Assembly: GCF_009914755.1 (NCBI RefSeq)
Contig: NC_060926.1
Strand: one strand, 5' to 3'
DNA length: 64,000 bases
Source of the DNA: the human T2T-CHM13v2.0 reference genome, Homo sapiens
The first letter of the stretch is position 1. The number at the start of each line of letters is the position of its first letter. A program made the position numbers and the translations under genes. The notes beneath the pieces are model-generated. The model had not been told where the DNA came from, did not search any database, and saw only the letters and a program-made list of their open reading frames with translations. This document shows positions 31,101 to 43,597 of this stretch, one piece after another.

Positions 31101-34100
31101 TTACATAAAGAAAATAATTTCCAGAGCTTCCACTTTTCTTTCCTTTTTTCTCATTTGCCATTGCTCCTTTATTTTTCATAAGGCTCCTATGATCTCTAGG
31201 CCAAATGAGATTCCAAAAATAACAATTTTAATTTCCAAATCGAGGGCATGATTTCTAAATGGACCAAGTTATTTTTGTGAACTCTACATAAAATTCAGGA
31301 ACAGAACTTTGGGAAGGAACTTCCAGATGGCAGTAAATCTTCACAGTTCAGTAATTAAGCCTTTTGAGAATGTTACTCTGTGATGGAGCCACTGCCTGAT
31401 TAACTGTACAATATCAATTATATCAAACGGCACTACTTTAATTCTGTCAAAATTTAGAGAAATCTGACACGCTGACACGAGACTCTGTGAAGTGTGATAA
31501 TGAGCTGCCAAGTGTCATAAAGTGCCACAGGGGGGAAAACACCCATGCTTTCAGACTAAAGATGATTTTTTTTTCTTTATTCACATTAGGGCATGCTTTG
31601 TTAAATCTCATGAACATCCAGATGCACACACTTGTCCTGTTTGGAATGGACACCCTAATCTTTTTTAGTTTTTATGAATGAAGTTCAAGTCATATAAGCC
31701 AAATTTACAGAAGAAAATAAATACAACATCTTTGGTGGAGAGAAATTATATGTCTAGGAAATTAGGCCCTTATCCATTTTGTCCCCTCAGTCCTGTGAAG
31801 CATGGTTCTCGGGAAGTTAACTTGAACTTTCCAAAAGTTAAAAGTTTGACTTGCCTAATTTTACAGTGATAGACCTTTGTCTGGTCATTAAGGACAAATC
31901 CAGGCTGTTTAAATAGCAAAACTGGAGTTATCAAGTGACAGGATCTTTCAACAAAGTTTGGCTTTCTTGAAAAGAAAGGCATGTCCTTTTCATAACAAGC
32001 GGGAGATTTTATTATGAACACAATACCCATCATCAAACATTAATAGTTTATTGTTTCATTAATGAAGTAATCAGAATAGCTAAAGGGTACAGGCCACTCT
32101 GTTTTGATTTTTCCATCATTAATGCATTATTTAAATATTTTAATTTTCTGTTATGTCCTAAAGGAGACAAAAGGAACCCTGTATTATGACTTGGAGAGAT
32201 GTCTGTGTGTGCTTAATGAGCACCTTACCATGAAGATTTTATTCTCTTTTATATTTTTGGTGATCATCTCTTTCTGAATGTCTACCATATCTGTCCTTCT
32301 TGACCTCTTTTTTACCCCTTTTAAAAGTACATTTCCAATTACTTTCTGGATATTTCCACTAGGAGATATCTCAGCACTCCTTGAAGTCAAATGTCTAAAA
32401 CCCAACTTTTTCCAGTCCCCTCCTAAGTAGGCCTCTCCCTCCCTCTCCTTTGGTCAGGAGAATCATCATTCTCCAAATCACTCAAATATGAATACTCAGA
32501 CTCTTCTTTACTTCTTTTCTATCTCACTCACTTTCAACATTCTATAGACTTACAATGTATTAGCAGAAGCTTCTGAAGTCAATTTGGCACAAACATTAAA
32601 AAAAGAAAAAAGTTTTCTTTTTGAATCACTGCTTTCAACTAATGGTCAAAACTTTGCTAAGTGTTAATGACATTTGGAGAAGTTTCCATCCTTCTGGAGC
32701 TCCTTGCACTGACATTGATCAGTGCCCATGTTTATCCCCTATGACCGCTTTCAGCTAATAGTCCCCCCATCTGGCAGGTTTTCTTATACACCAGTAAGAT
32801 AGTTCGAACCTGGCTATCTTCTATTTGTGTTTCTTGATTCAGGAAATTTAGGCATCCCTGCCATGAAAAACAGTTAAAAAAAAAAAAGAAAAAAGAAAAG
32901 AAAAGAAATGAAATGAAAAGCTGGCTGATATGTGGCCTCCTTGTCTCTAACCTATTATTATTATTTTCCAATAATATTTTTTCTTGATTCTGGTAGGCTC
33001 AGGGAAAAACAACAAATCCATTGACTAAACTGGTTAAGATGTCACTTTCTACTTCCAGCAAGTATTTCTAATTTTGCATGAGTGATTTTTCTTGAATTCC
33101 TCTCTTGTTGGCCTTTGGGAAGGTAAACGCCCCTCCCATCCCACTGTCTTCTTCCACCTATGGTGGGGGAGGATACATGAAAGCCACCACGCTTCAATCC
33201 TCCTGTGTTTTCTGTTTATACAGATCATGAGGCAGGATGCAGCAGGGATAACAGTTGGGGAGAAGAGAGAGGATTGCTGGTTCAGCTGCCTCTTATCTTC
33301 AAAATGGGTATCTAGTTCTTACAATGGACTCAATTATTGCTATGATATTTAGAGAATAAGGTTACTTAAGGCTTTTTTCCCCTAAATTTTGGGTCCTCGT
33401 TACCAGTTTTGGGGCAACAGAGAGGGTACCACTTAAGATCTTATTACAAGTTGCCAAATTGTCTCAATATTTCCTTTGAGGTATTTTTCACATCAGTAAC
33501 AGGGTCAAGAATGCCATCTTAATAGCGAGAATCAGACTGTGTGTGTGTATTGGGGTCATGGTACCTTGTTAAGAAAACTCTCAGGGGTCTTAAAATATAA
33601 GATGCATGTCTGGTGTTGGCCACCCAATCTGTATCTTTGCTTTCTCTGAGGCATTTGTACCTATCTGGCACTTCGAGATCCCACTATACCCTTTGAAATC
33701 AGGAAGTACATTACAGTGATGGCATTTACACCATTTTCCAAGGCCTCCATAGGCCAGATTTTACAGAGCTATTCAAAGATGCCACTGATCTCCTCTCTTG
33801 CATTTCTCAATGTCTTAAAGAAGGGAGCATGCTCTGGGCCCTCCTGTGAGAAATCACGGAAAGGTGGGTATGCAAGACACATACAACATATGTACTTCCA
33901 CATCCCATCTTCCTAAGCTTTTCAATTATTTCCTCTATATTATGAAAGAAAAGTTCTAGAATCTCACCCTCATTAACCATAATCTGTCAAGGATCCAAGT
34001 TTCAGTTAAGCAAAAATTAAAATTAAAATTAAAAATTAAAAAAATCTGACTTTTAGAATCTGCTGTTGAAGCTTGTACATTACACTTAGAATTTCTGAGA

Positions 34101-34909
34101 CATAAATTATACTGATAACTTCGGTCTGGTCCAGTGTTTTGTTTCATTTCATTTGCCTGACATTGTTAGAATTTGTATTCCTCAGAACTTCGTTAATATA
34201 AATTAGCAAAATTTCAGACATTATTAGGTGTGGTTACACTTTGTACTTTCCCCTGGGGCATGCTTGGATTTGCCTCTAGTTATAGGTCTGGAGGCAATGA
34301 AGACTATTGGAAGGTAAGTGTTGAGAAGAATGGGCTTTATTTTGCAAAGTAACTACTCTAGTGATGTTACTAAAGCCTAGAAACAAAATAATGGTTGTCT
34401 TCTCAGACAGGAGAGAAGTGAGTGTTTCTGCTGGGAAGGGAGGTTCGGAGAAATTTGACAGGGTTCAAGTTCCCAGATTTGTCTGAGTACACCAAGATGT
34501 GTTTATTTCATGTTCTAGGGTTCATTCATTCCCTACGTCTAACTTTCGCACAAAGAAGTTGGCAGTGTTATGAATTCAAGTTATGTTTTAGTACTATTAA
34601 CTACCTACCTAATTATTTAAGTCTAAGTTCTAGCCATTTCTGCTTTGTAGCTAAGTAATCATTCAAGACATAGTTCTAGACAAATACAGTGAGAGTTTAA
34701 TACTCAAGGATTCAAGGAAAAGGCTTTGTACTAAAATATTTATTTTACTAAGAAGGAAATTGAATAAAGTAAAAAAAAAAATAGAATGCAAGGAGCAATC
34801 CTGGGCAAATAGATTGGTAAAGATTTAGAAAAATCAAAGTAAATATCAAGTGTTGAAAAGAGACTAATTTGGGGGATATTTCAAAGCAAAGAAGAGCTAT
34901 AATACCAGG

Positions 34910-35327
34910 TGTGATAGATTTGATTATTATTCAGCAAGTATTCACTCACTCTCCACCCTTCATAGCCATGGGAGGAATATAGTTCTCTGACTCATAAATA
35001 TTGGACTTGAATTTGTAACTTGCTTTGGTCAATGGGATGTTAACAGAAGTACTGAGAGAAAAAAAGCTTGAAATGTGCATATCTGTTGCGTTTGTTCTTA
35101 CTCTTCAGCTTTCTGCAATAAGAGTATGATTCAGGTAACCACTAGTTCAAGGAAGATGAGAGATATTGGAAACAGACCTGGACCCATTGCAGAGTTTGGA
35201 CCCAATGTTCAGTCCAGCCATGTCTAGCCTAGCCCAGCTGAGCCAAAAAGTGATAAATGATTGCTTCTTGTTGAATGCTCCTGGGATTTTGTGATTTGCA
35301 GATAAGCAGCAATCTCTAACTGATACA
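34910..35327 (+). mobile_element. MLT1H/I-type MaLR solo LTR
   Basis: TGTGATAGA...ACTTGCTTTGGTCAATGGGATGTTAACAGA...CAGCAATCTCTAACTGATACA. Confidence 0.7.
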
Positions 35328-35938
35328 TTAGATACTAAGAAGGATGTAAAAGTAAGAAAAATTGAGCTTAAAACATTTTAAGTCCCCCGAATTATTCTGG
35401 AGAAGAAATATTAACTCGTAAAAAATTATTATTGCCTTTTTTGTAAATGTAATATATGTATGTTATACAAAATTCAATGTGTACAGAGGGTATTCAGTGA
35501 GAAGCATTTTCCTTCTTACACTGGTCCCATATGCACATATTTCTTCCCTCCAGAAGCAAACACTGTTCCCAATGAAACACTGCTACCAGTTTCATAGGTG
35601 TACTTTTAGAGAGATATTTTGTTCCTATACATTTATTTCCACATATAGTTATGTGTGTGTATATATATCTATGCAAAAAAGTAACATATTACACACACAC
35701 ACAAATGTTCCTTGAATTTTCTTATTGAACTCCATAATTAGAGATTGTTCTGTATCAGAACATATAGGACTGCTTAAGTGTAGTACATATAGAACTACCT
35801 AATAATCTATTGCTTGAAATAATAAAAACGAACTAAGTATCCCCTCTGTATAATGATTACCTTTAAACATTATTAAGCAAGTAAACGTGTTATATATTAA
35901 GAATAAACATTAAAAGTATAGAAAAATAATATACCTCT

Positions 35939-36299
35939 TGATATGGTTTGGCTGTGTCCCCACCCAAATCTGATCTTCAATTGTAGTTCCCATAATTCCC
36001 ACGTCTTGGGAGGGATCAGGTGGAGATAATTGAATCATCGGGGCAGTTTGCCCCATCTTGTTCTTGTGATAGTGAGTTCTCACAAGATCTGATGGTTTGA
36101 TAAGGGGCCTACCCCTTTGCTGGGCACTCTTTCTTCTTGCAGCTGCCATGTGAAGAAGGACATATTTGCTTCCCCTTCTGCCATTATTGTAAGTTTCCTG
36201 AGTCCTCCCCAGAAGTGTGAGTCAATTAAACCTCTTTTCTTTATAAGTTACTCAGTCTTGGGTATATCTTTATTAGCAGCATGAGAATGGACTAATACA
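35939..36299 (+). mobile_element. THE1 (THE1C/D-like) solo LTR
   Basis: TGATATGGTTTGGCTGTGTCCCCACCCAAATCT ... GAGAATGGACTAATACA. TSD CCTCT/CGTCT. Confidence 0.93.
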
Positions 36300-36739
36300 C
36301 GTCTAAACAATAAGTGGAGTAAAAAAAGAAGAAATAAAAATTATCAGCCTACTGGAAAGCAAGAAGGGTGGAAAAAAGAGGCACAAAAATGCATGGTAAA
36401 CGGAAAGTTCAAATAATATATTAGAAATAAATCCAAATACACTGGATAGCACCATGATAATGTATGCTGGTAAAATTTTTTCACTAAATGACAGATTCTC
36501 AACCTAGAGTTTCATGAAAGCCCAGCTATATTCATGATATTTATAAGAGAGACACTTAAACTTTGACTGCATAAACCATTCACTTAAAATATAATTGTAT
36601 AGGAATAGAAAAGGAGATACCACAAAGTAATTATCAAAAACAATCTGGCACAGGTATATTAATATCAGAGAAAACAGACCTTAAGAAAAGAAATTATTAG
36701 GGTTAATAGGGTATGTAATTATAATAACTTTCTTTTTTT

Positions 36740-37141
36740 ATAATTTAAGGGAGTTTAATTGAGCGATGAATGATTTGCAAATTGGGCAGCCCTTGAAACA
36801 CAACAGATTCACGAAGACTCCAGGTGTGCCTCATAGTCAGAACAAATTTATAGACAGAAAAGGTAAAGTGATGTACAGGAATCGGAAGTGAGGTACAGAA
36901 ATAGTGAGATTGGTTACAGCTCAGCGTTTGCCTTATTTGAATGCAGGTTGAGCATTCAGCAGTCTATGAGTGGTTGAAGTATGGCCGCTGGTGGCCAACA
37001 CTCAGCCATTGTTACAGGTGCATACTATTAACTTAGGTTTTCAATTTTGTCTGACTGTTAAGCTAGTTTACAGTACATCGACAAGGACTCAAATATAGAA
37101 GTACGGAGTCCTTTTCAGGTCATATTTAGTTTGCTTTAACA
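36740..37141 (-). mobile_element. MER57 3' LTR, U3+R only
   Basis: Minus strand begins TGTTAAAGCAAACTAAATATGACCTGAAAAGGACTCCGTACTTCTATATTTGAGTCC (recalled MER57A/B). TATAAA at 36852-36847 and ATTAAA at 36759-36754. Preceded by PPT AAAAGGGGGGAAT. Confidence 0.88.
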
Positions 37142-37677
37142 ATTCCCCCCTTTTGGTCATTTTCTCAATTTTGAGAGACTGACTGAAACTTTAGTCATTG
37201 ATGTTACTATCACTATTGTAAATGTACTTACATGGTTTTGAAACTCACTGGGAAACAGTAGAACAGTGGGTTTTGCAAGGAGAGAATAAGGACTGAGTAG
37301 AGAGTAGCTCCTTACGCTGCAACATTCTGTTTACAGGAAAAGAAAAACAAAACCTGGTCTATTCTAGGATCTATGTGTTTTCTTAAAGTCTTAGTTTGAT
37401 TAATATCACATTTAGCATGAGTGACTCCATTTTAGTTTTGTTTAGTTTGTTGGGAACTAGTGCATGAGCTCAGTCCAAATTAAAGGCCTCCCATAATTTT
37501 GTTTTTTAAAAAATTCCCCCTTTTTGGTCACGTTCTCAGATGAAAGTCTGACCAAAATTTAGGGCCTTAGCCCCACTCTCAGTTACCATCATTTTGGATT
37601 TCCAGTCTCAGCACATTATTCATAGGTTATGGTGTATTTGTGATCACACTTTTCTTTCAGCTTTTGTTGTTCCAGTT

Positions 37678-38035
37678 GGAGACCATTTGACGTTCTACAG
37701 ATGGCTGCATGCAAACATTTAAAACCTTTGAGAGAATAAAGCGCACCAGGGAGACTATTATGACTATTGGGAGGATAATACCAAGAGTTTGGAGTATGCT
37801 CCTTAGCCAGGTTCCCCATAAACCAAACCATATAAAATTAAATAGATTAAAGAATGAGCCAGATGAAGAGTCTACTCACTTGATTAAGTGCTCTTTTCAT
37901 TAATCCCCTTCAACTGAATTTTTATCATCTACATTTGATGTATTTCTCCATAGGCCACAAGTGTCAGCAGCTGCGCAGATACTTCTCTGTTTAGCCAATT
38001 CTATTATTTAGCATAACTCTCACAAGATAATTTAA
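37678..38035 (-). pseudogene. env transmembrane-subunit relic of the MER57 element
   Basis: Minus strand translates WFGLWGTWLRSILQTLGIILPIVIIVSLVRFILSKVLNVCMQ (membrane anchor, 37830-37700). Upstream are VMLNNRI and ICAAADTCG, remnants of the ISD and CX6CC motifs, frameshifted. Confidence 0.7.
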
Positions 38036-38308
38036 AGTCTATTGTGTATCTATAGCCTTTAAAGTAGAATTTGCTGTAGAACCTATTGTGAGGGTGACAT
38101 TTCTTATTATTGCGTCCTTTATTCTAAACGATGGAAAAAGGACCTAACAAATGATGTACTTTAGAAGAGTGAAGGCCTCCTGACAATGTTCTCTTTAATC
38201 CATGATGTGGGTTGAGAGGATTTTTGACTGATTATGAGGCAATGCTTGTGCCACCTGTTTCTCACCCATATTGGGCCTTCATCCTTTATCTATTAAAATA
38301 TAAGTTTA

Positions 38309-38698
<390 letters not shown>

Positions 38699-39189
38699 TT
38701 ATATATATGTTTATTTATGTATAAGGCTGTCTGCAAAATTCTTCACAAATAAAAGTATGCCCTATAAGTGCACATAATAGACCCCCTTTTCATTTCTATC
38801 GTTCATAGACACATAAACAAGGAAAAAATATTCAAAGATAAGAGTCTTGTGATAGTACAAGTTTTGATCCGTGATGTTGGGAAAAGCTGTTCACATCAAG
38901 GATGCCATCTTCTTCTGGGTAAAAACTTTCCTGGTTAGTTTTAACTTAGGGGTTCCAATGGGTTTACAGTTCCAGGAGTGTGGAGGGACGCTCCTCAGTT
39001 GTGAGATTATGAACCCAAGGTTCAAAACTCCAAAGTTTTGCTGTAGTGTGGGCGGCAAGGACAGTCTTTCTCTGATGTTCTCAGAAGATCCAATTTTTGG
39101 GTTATAGATTGTGAAAGGACTGTCCTCAGTGTACCATAGAAAGCTTTCTTTACCTGGTGAAAATACACTGTATCATAATAATCTACTGT

Positions 39190-39520
39190 TATAACATCAG
39201 CCCTCTTGCATGAGAAAGCTTTCATACAACCAGAAAACATGCACTGAAAATGATAATTGAATGAAATCCCTTTATAAATGTTAAAATGGCCCATGAGATA
39301 GCTAAATGTACCTGAAGCTTTGATTGTCTTCCCAGGAATATGGAACCAAACATTGGCTTTAAACCATCTCTGCAATTTATAAGTCACCACATCAATATAT
39401 TCAATTTGGATTATTTTATCTTTTCCATGACAGGTCATGGAATGTAGAACCTTTAATAACAAAAGTTTTAAGGACTCAGGAAGGACAAGGCAGCCATCCT
39501 CATTCTTCATGAGTCCATGC
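39190..39520 (-). pseudogene. pol integrase relic of the MER57 element
   Basis: ORF 39022-39621 contains LVLPESLKLLLLKVLHSMTCHG (zinc-binding region) and CMFSGCMKAFSCKRADVITV (gamma-type integrase core, FSGWVEAFP-like). Degraded. Confidence 0.7.
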
Positions 39521-41625
39521 TTAACACTGGACTTATATCCTCTTGAATACCAGTTGCTTCTCCAATTTAGGTGCATAGCACTGCTAACTAATGGGTTATT
39601 GCAGGTAATTTGACAGGCCATGAACTTCCTTCAAATTGTATATTTAAACAATTTTAGTATTGGCTGATTTAGCATGATAATCTAGAGCTTGATTTTGAAA
39701 GGTTTGTTAAATACCAAAAGTATAAAACATTGGATATTACAAAATATAATCTTAGGTTACCAAAAGTCATTCATTTAACCAAAATGATAACTTGAAAACT
39801 TTTAAAAGGAGAAAACATTATTCAGATAGAGAGGAGACTCAGCTTTCCAAATAAGACCAAGTGGAGATAGCACGAAGCCAACTGACTCTGTCTCCTTTCT
39901 TTCCCTTTCCCCCTTTTTCTTTTGTAGTTTACTTAAAAGGTAAACAAAAATCTTTCATTATCTTTTAATATGACATACAAATCCTTTTTAAAAGAGAAAA
40001 CCAAATTTTGTGTTTCCATTTAGTGTATTTTTCATGTTAAAGCTAGTTTTTAAATAACATTTTATAAATCTATTCAGTTTTAATTCGTTTGACCATAAGG
40101 TAAGATTTTTATAAACCTTTTATAACCCTTTACAATTTTTTTCTCAGAGCAGAGCAATGTTCTAAGAAAACTCTGTTGTGCTTCTATTCCAATTTCCAAT
40201 TTATGGGAAAAAACCTGAATAATGCCATTTTAACTTTAGCCAAAATGTTCATACACAGAATCTCTTATAATTAATTTTTATAAGCCATCCACAACTTGTT
40301 CAAACTTTATTTAATTTAAAACAATCCTTTAACTCTCTAACCCAGGCAAACATTTACATTTCTGTACTTTCTTATAATCTCTTACAAAAAACACAGTTCA
40401 TTCTCCTTACACACCTTGCATGTAAACTTATTTTTTCAGTAGCCTCAATTACATGTTACAATGTTAACTCTTAGTGACTTTTACTTTTGGTGAAAACTTT
40501 GGTAAATAAGGGATTTTTATTATGTACTAGGTGTGGAGCCTAGGACCCAGGCAGAAATGCAGATAAGGTCTGACTCTTTCCAGCATCTAACTCCACGTGT
40601 TGCAGGCCTTACCTAGCTGTAAAACAGGCAAGCTGTATAGTTAAGAGTCACAGTGGCATTCTATGAAGCATTTAGCATAATCACCTTTAAATTGTACGAC
40701 ATTTCTGGGATACATTTCTTTTAATAAATTCTTTCATAACTTACACAGACAATGTATGACATGTTTAGACTTTCTGACTTGCTCTAAACATCCCTCTTCT
40801 TAAACAATCAGTCATTTTACTTTAGGACAAGAATTTACCATACAACATCCTTTCTTATATAGTATCTCTTTTCTTTATAACCTTCTTTGTATAGCTAGGG
40901 CCATGGCTAATTCCATATATCCCCAGGACTTATTTAGAATTTAATGTCTCCAAAATAAATTGAACAATTTTCAAAAGTTGAAGCAGTTTATGACCTTAGA
41001 GCATTTAGCAAACCTCATATCTGACCTGCATAATTTAGATAAAAATGTCTTTATTTTATCAATAATCTTTAAATCTGTTTTTATTTCCCCAAAATTACTA
41101 AAGTTACATGAACTAAAAGGCATTACAGTTTTATTTTGCTTGCAAGATATTTTATTTAAGTGCTTATTTTTGTTTAAGTCAATTCATTAATTAGAGCTAT
41201 TTTATATAAACATTACACACAACACATATATAGTTACCCAGACAGACAGAAGAAGATTAGTACAGTAATTGTAAGGTTTTTCATTTGCCAATTTTTAAGT
41301 TTCTTAATTGGTTATTGGCTTTTGGGTGGAGCCCTTGGAAGAACAGGGCCAGGAAAGGGGTTTCTGCTGCCTCCTGTTCTTCCAGGAAGTTAGAGCTTGA
41401 ATATTCACTTTTCATTAAGCTGACTTTTAACCATAGCACTCTTTAATGAAGTCCTTTCAAAATTTCTTATTACCTGATTTTAGCCAGGCCAAACAGCTGA
41501 TATTTCTGGCTTTTGAACTTTACCAAATGTAACCTTCCAGGTGCTCAGAGAAAGGAAAATTTAAGATAGTCTGTGGAGGAGAAGAGACTAGACAAGGCTA
41601 TGCAGATATTAAACCAAAATGGACT

Positions 41626-41700
41626 TGCTTCCTAAGCAGGGAACCAAACCTGGACCACCAGTGTACAAGGCCAAAATCATAGCTACTGAGCTATAGCACA
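41626..41700 (-). pseudogene. Decayed tRNA-like segment inside the MER57 internal region
   Basis: Minus strand TGTGCTATAGCTCAGTAGCTATGATTTTGGCCTTGTACACTGGTGGTCCAGGTTTGGTTCCCTGCTTAGGAAGCA. A-box-like TAGCTCAGTAG at tRNA positions 8-18 and B-box-like GGTTTGGTTCCC at the expected spacing. Confidence 0.4.
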
Positions 41701-43477
41701 GGGTTATATCTATTGTCTTTCCCAGAAGGAGTCTAGAGTAGTTAATTTTGAGCTTGCGAAGGCTTTTAACTACTCAAGATAATTTTTACAGCTAACTATG
41801 ACATAAACCCAAAAATTCCTGTGCTATGGAAGGTGGAGACCAGGAGAAAATACTGCCACATGGTTACAAGGTTACGTTCTCAAGGACATAAAACAAGATG
41901 GAGACCCCATCCAGTTTTTTTGGTTTGTTTCAGGGACCTGCAGGAAAGTTTATTATTGACCAGCTTGCTGTGCCAAATTGATCAGTGAGCTTATGTGGTC
42001 CTAAGCCCATGTTTTATCCTGAGGTACCCCTCGACCCAGAAAAAAGAACACAAATACATCAGTTTAAGGCTCGCCTCAGAATTACTTTTTGCATTAATCA
42101 AAACTTTACAGAAGAGATAAACAGTGATTTTTACCATTCATTCAACCATTTGCACACAGAGAGAGAAGCCAGAATCTGACTGGCAAGAAATTCCTACCCT
42201 TTTGCCGGCATGCCAGGCTTCTGGGTTCCCTTTCCCCGAGCGGCCCCAGTGACTCAGCTTGCCACACTATCGTGCTGGAGCCAACCGCATCATAAAGGAA
42301 AATTAACTTTTTCTTCTGGCCAGAGTAAAATATGTGTGATAAAACATAGACATTAGCCACTCTCCTTAGCACCCAATATCAAACTGGCAAGGCTTAAATT
42401 TGCCCCTAGTTAGGCCCCATCATTGTTAACCCAACCTCTGACAAGGAGCTTCAACACGTGGTGTCTACACAAGATGATTGCCCTAAGTAATAGAAAAGTT
42501 AAGAAAGGGAAAGGTGAGAGAGAAAAGCATTACCTGTGGCAGGGTGGGGAAGGCGAAATGATCAGGGAGGCCAAAGAAAGACCCACCCATTGCAGCGACC
42601 CTGAAAAGTTCAGGCGGTTGCTTCTGGGTAGCAAAGGGATCTTTTCCAGCAGTCCCATCATCTCTCAGATTTCCCCTTTTAGGGATGAAAAAGCTCCCCA
42701 TGTCCCATGATCCTGTACATGCCTAATCCCGTCACCCACAGCTGACAGCAAAGAGTGCAAGGCAGATTATTCCAAACAGAATAGCAGTTGACATGCTGTA
42801 GTGCCAAACTCATTCTTAGCCAAAAGGGACTTTACCGAGCGCCCTCATTTTTTAAATGTACTTTAATGCGTTGTTGTTAATTTGGAATGTTCCACAGTAA
42901 GTTATCTTCAGTAGGATTTTGCTGTTTCTGTAAGACTTCACTGCCTCCCAGGCCTAATGTATAAGCCAGAAGGAACTCAGTTTTCCAGAAATTAAGGGTC
43001 TCATTTTTACCTGAAATACTGGCTTTACTCTCAGGTTCTCTCAATTAACTTAGCCAATTATTTTTCCTACCTAAGCGTGCAAGAAAAATGAAACAAAGGG
43101 GTAGAACTCAAAAATCCCTGTGAATTTTCAAAAGACAAATGTTATAATCCCTGCAATATTGCTGCTTACTACCAACTCCTTTCTGACCCAGTCAGACGTA
43201 AGAGGCTTCTAACTGGATCCAAGCCAGTTAATTCCCAAATCAAATCCATTCCTGGATCCAGTCCAGTTTCTGTCGTTACTCCAAACCCAGTTTGGATCAG
43301 AAATTTGCTTAAAGAAACTCGGAGAGCTCAAAACAGGAATCCGTGGAGCTGCGAAATCCACGAGGGAGCTTACCCACGATCTCCAGCGCTCTGAGAGATC
43401 AATGGACACCAGTGGGTCCTGCAGGTGCCTTGCATATTCACTCAGGGCTCCTGGGGTCGCTAGAAGCTCCACTTCAG

Positions 43478-43495
43478 ATCCCGCTTCTGACACCC
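43478..43495 (-). other. Primer-binding site, tRNA-Leu(CAA) type
   Basis: Plus-strand ATCCCGCTTCTGACACCC versus the tRNA-Leu(CAA) 3' end ATCCCACTTCTGACACCA, 2 nt from the U5 terminus. Confidence 0.8.
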
Positions 43496-43497
43496 TC

Positions 43498-43597
43498 TGA
43501 TAAAAAAAAAAAAAAAAAAACTTCAGCCAAATTAATTTAAAGGAGTTTAATTGAGCAATGAAGATTCCAGAATCACAGCAGATTCACAGAGACTCCG
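43498..43597 (-). mobile_element. MER57 5' LTR, R+U5 only
   Basis: Homologous to 36741-36822, plus the U5 end (..GGCTGAAGTTTT..ATCA). Stops abruptly at the TSD. Confidence 0.88.

Noticed and set aside
34280-34320. Strong donor AAG|GTAAGT
   Set aside because: No convincing paired acceptor or reading frame; isolated consensus sites are frequent.
39022-39621. Longest ORF (199 aa) as a functional gene
   Set aside because: It is a degraded, frameshift-mosaic ERV integrase relic with no intact HHCC/DDE set.
43501-43520. A19 run as a retrotransposon poly(A) tail
   Set aside because: It lies inside U5 and is an expansion of the LTR's T-rich end on the element strand.
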